Origin: Minisyncoccota bacterium
Lineage (GTDB): Bacteria > Patescibacteriota > Minisyncoccia > Phycocordibacterales > Phycocordibacteraceae
Direction: 5' to 3'
Assembly: GCA_041665205.1 (NCBI GenBank)
Contig: JBAYJI010000001.1
Span: forward strand, 1 to 63,748
Length of the DNA: 63,748 bases
Below, in pieces: positions 44,993 to 55,713 of this stretch. Under the pieces are notes generated by a model that saw nothing but the letters and a program-made list of their open reading frames with translations, had not been told where the DNA came from and did not search any database. Made by a program: the position numbers and the translations under genes. The stretch's first letter is position 1, and each line of letters opens with the position of its first letter.

Positions 44993-45000
44993 GCCTGCCA

Positions 45001-47517
<2,517 letters not shown>

Positions 47518-47535
47518 TTCTCGCAACAAAGAAAA

Positions 47536-47587
47536 GAATCAGAACTAAAAACACTACCATATATGGTAGTGTTTTTAGTTCTGATTC
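47536..47587. terminator. 52-bp perfect palindrome between convergent secA and the trpR-like gene (bidirectional terminator; palindrome family copy A)
   Basis: GAATCAGAACTAAAAACACTACCATA|TATGGTAGTGTTTTTAGTTCTGATTC, 26-bp arms with no mismatch. Confidence 0.8.
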
Positions 47588-47595
47588 TCCCGTGT

Positions 47596-48012
47596 TTATT
47601 TGATTTCCGGTTCAGGGAAGAGGAGGAAGTGGAGCGGATACCGTTTCTTGAAGCGGAAGAGCATGCTTTTTGCATATTTCTTCTTAAATTCGCGCTTCCC
47701 GAACTCTTCTTCCATCGCTGCAATCGCCGTCTCGTATCCCGGCATCTGATCTTGAAGCCATGAATGTACGCGCTCGATAGTAGAATATCCGGCACCGGTT
47801 CTCTGGCGGATAGCGTCGCGGGTTTCATCTTGCAGGAGAAGGCGGGCGATAAGGATTCGTCGTCCGAGCATGATACGTTCGCTTTCAGTCAGAAGATCAC
47901 GAAGGAAGAGTTTCATCGCGGCGCGCCCACGTACCGCTCCCGCCGCGGTGTAGAGAGCGTCAAGCGTCGCTATACGTTCCTTCTCATTCAACTCGTCCAT
48001 CCTCTTTTTCAT
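47596..48012 (-). CDS. TrpR-like (YerC/YecD family) DNA-binding protein
   Basis: LFLRDLLTESERIMLGRRILIARLLLQDETRDAIRQRTGAGYSTIERV matches the Trp-repressor/YerC fold pattern (LT-x-E-R-x-...-x-G-x-S-x-x-T-I-x-R). Confidence 0.7.
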   Translation of the reverse strand: MKKRMDELNEKERIATLDALYTAAGAVRGRAAMKLFLRDLLTESERIMLGRRILIARLLLQDETRDAIRQRTGAGYSTIERVHSWLQDQMPGYETAIAAMEEEFGKREFKKKYAKSMLFRFKKRYPLHFLLFPEPEIK

Positions 48013-48014
48013 AT

Positions 48015-48038
48015 AAAAACACTACCATATATGGTAGT
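48015..48038. promoter_or_regulatory. Palindrome family copy B: 24 nt identical to 47547-47570, abutting the trpR-like start codon (candidate operator)
   Basis: AAAAACACTACCATATATGGTAGT. The core ACTACCATATATGGTAGT is an 18-bp perfect palindrome 3 nt upstream of the minus-strand ATG (48012). Confidence 0.5.
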
Positions 48039-48146
48039 ACTGATACGCAGCCCGTTTGGGGATATTCGTTAAGGCAATCTCCGCCAGCGTATGCGCACTG
48101 TGCATAAGGTGTTTGGTCTGCGAAGAGCAGTGGTAGGGTAGGGGTA

Positions 48147-51100
48147 ATGCGCGTTCGGAACGTCGCGTTATTTTTTATCAGCTGCGCGTTTGCGTTCAGC
48201 GTGTCGCCGATTGTCGCTACTGCTGCCTCTAATCCGACCGTGCTTATTGCACGGTTCGCAATGCCCCAGGTCTCAAAATCCTGGTACGGCATGTATGAGA
48301 CGGCACTGAAGACTGGCGATACTCCTCAGTTGAAGACATGTATCGAGAGTCCTCAAGGTAAACCGACGGTAACGGTTGACCTCTCGCAATTAGGGGTTTC
48401 GTCGAGTACGTGGGTAGTCAGCGGCAATTCGGGTACTCTTCTGGTTGGCAATGTGTATCACTACTCAGTCTACTGCTACGACTACGGATTCACTATCGGC
48501 GCTGATGCGGCAGTTTCTGACGGATTAAAGACCGTATCTATATCGGCTGTTGACTCGTCTGGCACCACCGCTTCAGGTACCGCACAAGTAGCGGTCGATG
48601 ACGCTCTGCCGACGCTTTCGCTCACCGATATCTCGTTCTCCGCTGTGCCATTAAAAGGGGGCGACAGTGTGTATCTGAGCGGATTAGCAGACGGGACCGG
48701 GAGTCCTTTGTCGGCGTTTCAAATTAAGGGGACATTTTTGGATACGGAAAGGAATATCGTGCTCCAGTCCTTTTACAAGAGAGACGTGCTTACTGCGGCT
48801 ATCGCCACCTCGACCGACGGTTCCTTTAACCGCGTTGCATTTGCTCTCGGTGACAATGAGGCGAGAATCATCTCAGCCGCTCCTTCCTTAAGAATCGACA
48901 TTATTGCGTACGACGGATCCGGACACACCGCGACAACGAGTTTGGAGGTTCCGGTTCCGAAGCCACCTCCGCCCGACCCGTGCATTGCCGCCGGCACCTG
49001 TGTCTCAAATGTCCTCTTCTTGCCGGGTATCGAGGGGAGCCGGCTCTACGAGGGGACGGGCTGCGGCAAGGCTGCCGAAGAGAAACTCTGGGAGCCGTAC
49101 GAGTCACTCTGGGGTGTGTTGCGCAGCGCAGGTGACAAGAAGGCGCGAGACCTCGCCCTCGACTCGTCGGGTGCGAGTGTCTGCACCGATATTTATACAA
49201 AGGAGGGCGACGTGATCGACACAGTCCGCGGCAGCAATATCTACAAGTCATTTCTCGACGAGATGAACGGGCTCAAGGCGGACGGTACGATAAACGATTG
49301 GAAGCCAGTCGCCTACGACTGGCGGTTCTCGCTCGACGACCTGCTCAGTAAGGGTACTGAGCGCGCCGGCAAAATCTATTACGAAGAAGCGACGAGCACG
49401 CCGTACATCGAACAGACGCTTCGCGCGCTGGCAGCGGGCTCGAAGAGCGGCAAAGTGACGATCGTCGCGCACAGCAACGGCGGCCTTGTGACGAAGGCGC
49501 TCTTGAACAGGCTCGGTGGTGCAGCGTCGTCCTTGGTGGACAAGGTCGTGATGGTGGGCGCGCCGCAGAGCGGCGCGCCCGAGAGTCTCGGCGCAGCACT
49601 CATGGGCTACAACGCCGGTATCTACAAATACGGTTTCCCTATCCTCTCAAACGCTGCCGCGCGCTCACTCGCGCAGAACCTGCCGATGACGTACCACCTA
49701 CTCCCGTCAAGCGAGTACCTAGAGAGTATCGCGAGCGACGAAGAACACCCCGTCGCCCGCTTCGCGGGCGACGGCTACGCGCGCGAGATCGCGGCATACG
49801 GCTCTACCATCACGAACACGACTGAGCTTGGCGACTTCCTCCTTGCACGCGAGGGCGGTCGCAAGAAGCCGAAGGAGTATGACCTGGGCTCTGCAGAGGT
49901 TTTGAATCAGGGACTCATAGACTACGCGAACAACACACACTCGATCCTCGACTTGTGGACTCCGCCTGCGGGTATCGAGGTGAGCCAGATCGCCGGTTGG
50001 GGAGCCGACACGGTCGCGGGGATAGACTTCTACACTGAGCCGTCCCGAATCCGCTCCTTTTTCGGGCCGAAGCGGAGGTATAAGCCGATATTTATCGAGG
50101 ATGGCGACGGGACAGTCCCTGTCCCGAGCGCGCTCCTGGTCGCCTCGAGCACTAGTGTAAAGAGGTATTGGGTTGATTTGAATTCTTATCGTATTGCAAC
50201 ATCAATAAAACGTGACCATAAAGATTTATTTGAAATCCCCTCGCTTGAAGAATGTATCAAGAACATCATTAAGAATGTCACCGGCACCTTGCCCCCGTAC
50301 ATCTCGACGAGCCAGCCGGCGCCAATCGCAGATGACAAGAAGCTTGTCTTCTTCCTCCGCTCGTCGCGCGTCCTCTACGTGCGAGACTCTCCTGAGAGCG
50401 AGGAGCCTCCGGTGAAGGTCACGATGCAGGTCAAGGACCCTTCGGGCAAGATTACCGGTATCGCAGAGGACGACTCGGTTACCGAAGACATCCCCGACTC
50501 GACGTACGGCGAGTTCGGCGAGGTGCAATACCTGATCGTCCCCGCAAGTGCAACACCGGGCAGCCGCTACGAGCTCACGCTTCACGGGCAGGCGAGCAGC
50601 GGGGGAGTGAGCGGCGCACAAGAGAGCACCTTCTCGCTCGAGATCCAAGAGAGCTCGGGCGGCGTCGCGACCGCTCTCGCGACTCTCGCAGATATCCCCG
50701 TGGTCGCGAGCACTACCGCGAGCCTCACTATCGGAGCGAACATCGACACTGTCTCGCCGCTTGTGGTCGACGAGCGTGGCGATGGCACCGAGACTCTCAC
50801 CGTCACACCTGTCGTCGGTGAGACCGTGCTCTATGAGCCGCCGGTCGTCGAGACACCTCCTGCACCAGCTCAAGCAGCTCGCGCTGCCGGCGGCCCGGGC
50901 TACTCGCCGTACCTGCCGCTCGCTGTCTCGACCCCTGCTTCTCTATCACTTGTTGTTCTCGAAGCCTCTACGACAACGCTTCTCGCTACTGCGACCGCCA
51001 CTCCTGCGGCTGCCGTCCCGCGTATCGTCACGCCGCGACTTGTAGCAGCTCCCCGTGCCTCTAATCCTGCGAGTACTCCGCTCTCACCGAGCGCTATCGC

Positions 51101-51233
51101 AAACGCGTTCCCCGACCTCTCGCAGACCGCCTCGGTTTATGGCGCTTCTCAACAGCCGGTCTTAAAGAAGATAGGCGAAGCGGTCTATACTAGTCTCTAT
51201 AGGCTCTGGGCTGCCTTAAAGGGATTCTTCTAA
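48147..51233 (+). CDS. Large secreted LCAT/PGAP1-like alpha/beta-hydrolase (phospholipase/acyltransferase-type lipase) with N-terminal Ig-like and C-terminal Pro/Ala/Thr-rich regions
   Basis: Signal peptide VALFFISCAFAFSVSPIVATAAS. LCAT-family motif AYDWR (YDWR codons 49314-49325). Nucleophile elbow VAHSNGG (Ser codon 49473-49475). Confidence 0.7.
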   Translation: MRVRNVALFFISCAFAFSVSPIVATAASNPTVLIARFAMPQVSKSWYGMYETALKTGDTPQLKTCIESPQGKPTVTVDLSQLGVSSSTWVVSGNSGTLLVGNVYHYSVYCYDYGFTIGADAAVSDGLKTVSISAVDSSGTTASGTAQVAVDDALPTLSLTDISFSAVPLKGGDSVYLSGLADGTGSPLSAFQIKGTFLDTERNIVLQSFYKRDVLTAAIATSTDGSFNRVAFALGDNEARIISAAPSLRIDIIAYDGSGHTATTSLEVPVPKPPPPDPCIAAGTCVSNVLFLPGIEGSRLYEGTGCGKAAEEKLWEPYESLWGVLRSAGDKKARDLALDSSGASVCTDIYTKEGDVIDTVRGSNIYKSFLDEMNGLKADGTINDWKPVAYDWRFSLDDLLSKGTERAGKIYYEEATSTPYIEQTLRALAAGSKSGKVTIVAHSNGGLVTKALLNRLGGAASSLVDKVVMVGAPQSGAPESLGAALMGYNAGIYKYGFPILSNAAARSLAQNLPMTYHLLPSSEYLESIASDEEHPVARFAGDGYAREIAAYGSTITNTTELGDFLLAREGGRKKPKEYDLGSAEVLNQGLIDYANNTHSILDLWTPPAGIEVSQIAGWGADTVAGIDFYTEPSRIRSFFGPKRRYKPIFIEDGDGTVPVPSALLVASSTSVKRYWVDLNSYRIATSIKRDHKDLFEIPSLEECIKNIIKNVTGTLPPYISTSQPAPIADDKKLVFFLRSSRVLYVRDSPESEEPPVKVTMQVKDPSGKITGIAEDDSVTEDIPDSTYGEFGEVQYLIVPASATPGSRYELTLHGQASSGGVSGAQESTFSLEIQESSGGVATALATLADIPVVASTTASLTIGANIDTVSPLVVDERGDGTETLTVTPVVGETVLYEPPVVETPPAPAQAARAAGGPGYSPYLPLAVSTPASLSLVVLEASTTTLLATATATPAAAVPRIVTPRLVAAPRASNPASTPLSPSAIANAFPDLSQTASVYGASQQPVLKKIGEAVYTSLYRLWAALKGFF

Positions 51234-51237
51234 AAAA

Positions 51238-51648
51238 ATGAAAACCAAATTCATACAATGTATACCAGCCGTACTCGTTCTAGTAGCTATTGGATTTCGG
51301 TACTTTAGTCAGTGGTGTATTCTTACGGATTCATCATGCTATGGCACATGGGTGCATTGGATTTATCTAGAGATCACTAATCCGGTATTTTATTTCACTC
51401 TCTTTTGTTTACCAATCACCATCGTCCTTGCCTTCGTGCCGTGGGGAGTGTTCAAGTCTTGGCTCAAGCTCGCAGCGTGGGCGGTGCCGCTCCTCCTCTT
51501 CTGGGTCTCGACGCAGCCGGTGTACCCGGGCTTTCTCTCGACCGACCGGGACGACGCGGCACGGCTCGCCGGGGGAGTCTTCGCGGGTGTGAGTCTCGCT
51601 CTCCTTATCTGGCGATCAATCGCCGCCCGGCGAGCAGGGGAGAGATAG
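51238..51648 (+). CDS. Small integral membrane protein, unknown function
   Basis: Four hydrophobic segments. Starts 4 nt after the lipase stop. Confidence 0.55.
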   Translation: MKTKFIQCIPAVLVLVAIGFRYFSQWCILTDSSCYGTWVHWIYLEITNPVFYFTLFCLPITIVLAFVPWGVFKSWLKLAAWAVPLLLFWVSTQPVYPGFLSTDRDDAARLAGGVFAGVSLALLIWRSIAARRAGER

Positions 51649-51676
51649 AGTACAAACAGTTGGTACTACAAGCCAA

Positions 51677-51710
51677 CCTAAAACACTTTCATATATGAAA
51701 GTGTTTTAGG
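51677..51710. terminator. 34-bp perfect palindrome (palindrome family copy C)
   Basis: CCTAAAACACTTTCATAT|ATGAAAGTGTTTTAGG. Shares TAAAACACT-nn-CATATATG-nn-AGTGTTTTA with copy A. Confidence 0.7.
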
Positions 51711-51783
51711 TCTATAGTTTCGGCGGAACGATTTTAATTTGCGGGTTGGTGATTTATGTTTTCTAGTGTATTGTGGAGGGACT

Positions 51784-52752
51784 ATGGCATTTGTTGATGA
51801 AGCGAGGATACAGGTAGCCTCTGGCAAGGGTGGCGACGGTGTTATCCGCTGGCTGCGCACCAAGGAGTCTGCGCGCGGCGGGCCCTCAGGCGGCGACGGT
51901 GGGCGCGGCGGTGACGTCGTGCTCGTGGGTGTGCGCGACTTGGCAGCGCTCGCGCACTATCGCTACGAGAAGAAGTTTAAGGCAGAGGACGGCGAGGCAG
52001 GGAAGGGCGAATTGAAGCACGGCAAGAACGGCGAAGATGCGCTCGTCAAGGTGCCGGTCGGCACGCTCGCGCGCTTAGTCGAGACCGGTGAGGAGTACGA
52101 GATCACCAAGGAGGGCGAAGAGATAATCCTCTTTCGCGGGGGCAGGGGCGGGCTCGGTAACGCCCGCTTCAAGAGCTCGACGAATCAGAACCCTTTCCAA
52201 CAGACTCTCGGTCGCCCGGGCAAGGGCGGGGAGCTCGCCCTCACACTCAAGATTATCGCCGACGCGGGGCTTATCGGCTTGCCGAACGCAGGCAAGTCTT
52301 CGCTCGTGAATGCGCTCACGCGCGCCAAGTCGAAGGTCGGCGCCTACCCCTTCACCACGCTCGGGCCGAATCTCGGAGAGTTTTATGGACGCATTCTCGC
52401 CGACATCCCCGGCCTTATCGAAGGAGCCTCGGATGGCCGAGGTCTCGGGATAAAATTTCTCAAGCACGTAGAGCGGACAGGGATCCTCTTGCATCTTGTC
52501 TCGGCTGACCAAGAAGACCCTCTCGCAGCGTATGGGGAAGTGCACAAAGAGACCGAAGCTTTCGGACATGAGCTCGGCAAGAAGCGCGAGATAATCGTCC
52601 TCTCAAAGACTGACCTCGCCTCGCCCGAGGAGTGCGCGGCAAAGGTAGAGCTCCTAGCCCGCGAGACGGGTAGGGAAGTGCTCCAGGTCTCGGTCAACGA
52701 CCCCGAGGCACTCAAGGCCTTTGCTGACCGGCTTACGAAGATACTGAAATAG
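51784..52752 (+). CDS. obg: GTPase Obg
   Basis: MAFVDEARIQVASGKGGDGVIRW...GGPSGGDGGRGGDV Obg fold. G1 GLPNAGKSS, G3 DIPGLIEGA, G4 SKTD. GGAGGG just upstream. Confidence 0.95.
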   Translation: MAFVDEARIQVASGKGGDGVIRWLRTKESARGGPSGGDGGRGGDVVLVGVRDLAALAHYRYEKKFKAEDGEAGKGELKHGKNGEDALVKVPVGTLARLVETGEEYEITKEGEEIILFRGGRGGLGNARFKSSTNQNPFQQTLGRPGKGGELALTLKIIADAGLIGLPNAGKSSLVNALTRAKSKVGAYPFTTLGPNLGEFYGRILADIPGLIEGASDGRGLGIKFLKHVERTGILLHLVSADQEDPLAAYGEVHKETEAFGHELGKKREIIVLSKTDLASPEECAAKVELLARETGREVLQVSVNDPEALKAFADRLTKILK

Positions 52753-52794
52753 TAAGCAGAAAGCAGCAGGCAGTAAGCAGTAAAAAAATACAGG

Positions 52795-52823
52795 TTGCGC
52801 GTGCCTCCTGCCTCCTGCATACT
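52795..52823 (+). promoter_or_regulatory. Putative promoter of gatB: TTGCGC, 17-nt spacer, CATACT, ending 7 nt before the ATG
   Basis: TTGCGC 52795-52800, CATACT 52818-52823, ATG 52831. Confidence 0.45.
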
Positions 52824-52830
52824 GCTCACT

Positions 52831-54228
52831 ATGTATCGTCCTACTATTGGTTTGGAGGTTCACGCCGAGCTCGCTACAAGGACCAAGATGTTCTGCGACT
52901 CGAAGAACGACCCCGACGAGACACGGCCCAACGTGAACGTCTGTCCGGTCTGCCTCGCGCACCCGGGCACCTTGCCGGTGATCAATAAAGAAGCGGTGCG
53001 GCACGTGTTGCGCCTCGGCACTGCGATCGGCGGCACCTGCGCAGACTTCACCGAGTTCGACCGCAAGAGCTACTTCTATCCGGACATCCCGAAGGGGTAT
53101 CAGATTAGTCAGTACGAGCACCCGCTCGTCTCGGGCGGCACGCTCGCGGGTGTCGCTATCACACGCGTGCATCTTGAAGAGGACACTGCTCGCTCGACGC
53201 ACGCAGGTGGTCAGAGCTTGGTCGACTTCAATCGTGCGGGGATCCCGCTCATGGAGCTCGTCACCGAGCCGGTGGTACACGATGCCGAGACTGCAGGGCG
53301 CTTCGCGCGTGAGCTACAGCTCCTCTTGCGCACACTCGGAGCAGGAGAGGCTAATCTCGAGAAAGGGGAGATGCGCATCGAAGCGAATATTTCGGTATCG
53401 AAAAGCGATACCTTCGGCACAAAGGTGGAGGTGAAAAATATAAATTCGTTCCGTTCGGTTGAGCGCGCAATCGCCTTTGAGATAGATCGCCAGATCGCTC
53501 TCATCGAGAGCGGAGGGAAGGTGGTGCAAGAGACACGCGGTTGGGACGAGGGGAAGCAAGAGACCTTTCATCAGCGCTTCAAGGAGGGGAGTGCCGACTA
53601 CCGCTACTTCCCGGAGCCGGATCTCCCGAAGCTCTATATCAGAGAGATTGCCGAGCTCGCTCCCGAGACGCTCCGCGCCTCACTGCCCGAGCTCCCGTGG
53701 GAGCGACGCGAGCGATATCAAGAGCTCGGCCTTAAGACAGAGGATGTCGAATTCATCATCGCATCAAATGCACGCGGAACATTTTTTGATGCAGTTGTTC
53801 GAGAACTTAACGTGCTCGCCCCGTTAGAAATCGGATTTCTAACGGGGCTCGCGGCGAATTATTTTATATCTGATCTCGCCGGAGAATCTAGAAATGCGAC
53901 ACCGACTTCGTTTGCAAAACTTATCCGCATGGTTGTCGCACAGGATCTCTCTTCGCGCGGCGCGAAGGACACCCTCGCGATCCTCGTCTTTAAGGGAGGT
54001 GACCCAGAAGAGATTGCGCGCGAGCACGGGCTTATCCAGTCGCACGACTCGGGTGCACTCAAAGTAGCAGTGCAAAAAGTCCTCGCCGAAGAGGAGAAGG
54101 CCGTCGGTGAGTATCGCGCCGGCAAGGAGGCAGCACTCCAGTACCTGATAGGGAAGAGTATGAAGGCCACCAAGGGCGCGGGTAATCCGGCACTACTCAA
54201 GGAGCTTATCGTCGCAGAAATAGGGTAG
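52831..54228 (+). CDS. gatB: Asp/Glu-tRNA amidotransferase subunit B
   Basis: MYRPTIGLEVHAEL...KMFC...CPVCLAHPGTLPV, RKSYFYPDIPKGYQISQ, HLEEDTA, VEVKNINSF, C-terminal GatB/YqeY domain. Confidence 0.95.
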   Translation: MYRPTIGLEVHAELATRTKMFCDSKNDPDETRPNVNVCPVCLAHPGTLPVINKEAVRHVLRLGTAIGGTCADFTEFDRKSYFYPDIPKGYQISQYEHPLVSGGTLAGVAITRVHLEEDTARSTHAGGQSLVDFNRAGIPLMELVTEPVVHDAETAGRFARELQLLLRTLGAGEANLEKGEMRIEANISVSKSDTFGTKVEVKNINSFRSVERAIAFEIDRQIALIESGGKVVQETRGWDEGKQETFHQRFKEGSADYRYFPEPDLPKLYIREIAELAPETLRASLPELPWERRERYQELGLKTEDVEFIIASNARGTFFDAVVRELNVLAPLEIGFLTGLAANYFISDLAGESRNATPTSFAKLIRMVVAQDLSSRGAKDTLAILVFKGGDPEEIAREHGLIQSHDSGALKVAVQKVLAEEEKAVGEYRAGKEAALQYLIGKSMKATKGAGNPALLKELIVAEIG

Positions 54229-54276
54229 TTGTGCACAGCTCTTCCATACCAGCCGAGATATGGCTATACTGTGGGT

Positions 54277-55041
54277 ATGGATGAGATTCTCATAGGGGAG
54301 AAGAAGTACGTATCGTCGAAACAAGCAGCCAAGCTCACCGGCTACGCTAAGGATTATGTCGGCCAACTCTGCCGCGAGGGCAGGGTGCCGGCACGGCTCG
54401 TAGGCCGCAGTTGGTACGTACTCGAGTCGGCGATTCACGATCACCGATTTAACGAGCAGAGTGAAGAGAAGGAGAGTCAGCCCGAGAACGCAGCCCTCGC
54501 CTCGACGTGGGAGGCTCCGCACTACGAGGCTATTCCTGCAGACGTGCTCCCTGTACAGAATCCTGAAGAACTCCTCGAGAAAGAAGCAGAAGATGACGGA
54601 AAGATAATGAATTTTGCGACCCCGCAGAATCTCCAGGACTCTTGGAAGGCGTGGTTTGATCGGATCGAGAACCCAAAAGCGGCCGCCCCAAGCGCACCGA
54701 GCAAGGTAGAAGAGCGAGAAATAGAGAGCAGAGAGGTCAGTGTGCCCGTGCACGCGATCCACCACCCCGAGTACAAGCCGCTCCCTGAAGAGCTCTCACC
54801 ACGGCGTACGCGCCTCGCGGCGACGCAGCCGGTGCGTGAAGAGGAGTATGAGCAAGAAATGCCGCGTAGAGAAGAAAGGAGAACAGGGAGGAGACTCGGA
54901 GCAGCATTTCAACTAGTCGGTGCGCTTGTCGCACTTGTGATGGCCTCTCTTGCCGTAGTCGGGAGTGGATACTTTGACGAATATATCATATCGACTAATC
55001 AAGCTGGGATGTTCGCCGGTGTAGGACTCTATAATAGGTAG
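54277..55041 (+). CDS. Membrane-anchored protein with N-terminal excisionase/MerR-type HTH, acidic linker and C-terminal TM helix
   Basis: YVSSKQAAKLTGYAKDYVGQLCREGRVPARLVGRSWYVLESAI (HTH_17-like). Glu-rich middle. LGAAFQLVGALVALVMASLAVVGSGYF near the C-terminus. TATACT 54265-54270 lies 6 nt before the ATG. Confidence 0.7.
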   Translation: MDEILIGEKKYVSSKQAAKLTGYAKDYVGQLCREGRVPARLVGRSWYVLESAIHDHRFNEQSEEKESQPENAALASTWEAPHYEAIPADVLPVQNPEELLEKEAEDDGKIMNFATPQNLQDSWKAWFDRIENPKAAAPSAPSKVEEREIESREVSVPVHAIHHPEYKPLPEELSPRRTRLAATQPVREEEYEQEMPRREERRTGRRLGAAFQLVGALVALVMASLAVVGSGYFDEYIISTNQAGMFAGVGLYNR

Positions 55042-55112
55042 CGTATCTATTATGTATCTCGTCTCGGATATACGAGATATATATAGAAGCGCACTGATGT
55101 CTGCATCGCTTC

Positions 55113-55142
55113 AAAAAGAACTCCGCATAGGGGGTTCTTTTT
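55113..55142 (+). terminator. Intrinsic terminator
   Basis: AAAAAGAACTCC / loop / GGGGTTCTTTTT: stem 55118-55124 with 55131-55137, then T-run 55138-55142. Confidence 0.75.
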
Positions 55143-55713
55143 GTTGGTGTGGGATGATTTTAGATCAAAATGGCTCTGCCTTAGACAAAGTGGCGTACAA
55201 GAAAGACTTATACAGAAGAATAATGAAGTCATGTGCGCACAATGTCCTGAATGCAACGTTTTGCGAACTTGTGTGAGAAAAATGCTGAGTGAATGATTTT
55301 ATTTGTTACTGAGAAAAGCGATCGGTGATGCATACGAGCTGACCTCTCTTCGGATATCCGACATATCTAGCATATACATTATATATAGTGAGATTGGCAT
55401 GTGCCTCAAACGACATAAACTTTTATGCATGGTATCTGAGGATCCGCCAGAGAGCGATTTAGAGCTCTAAAAGTGATTTTCTACAGGTTCATTTCATCGA
55501 AATAGCTCCACAGAGCTCTCTAGAGACGGTCGAGAGCGCTCTTGGGCGTGTGCAGAGGCGCTGCCGGGAGGGCTTCTGTAGCAAATAAAAAATCTTTTGA
55601 TAACGCTGAGAGCATTTTTATTTTGCTCAGGAATCTTATCCACACAATGCATTAATTTTTTTCACTAAACGCCAGGATAGTACGTTATTATTTAGTTAAT
55701 TCGGTTATCCGAC

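Noticed and set aside
55052-55276. 74-aa ORF in the long intergenic region (and the minus-strand ORF 55050-55256)
   Set aside because: It starts inside the terminator region of the upstream gene, has no recognisable motif and overlaps an equally long antisense ORF in AT-rich sequence. It is more likely non-coding.
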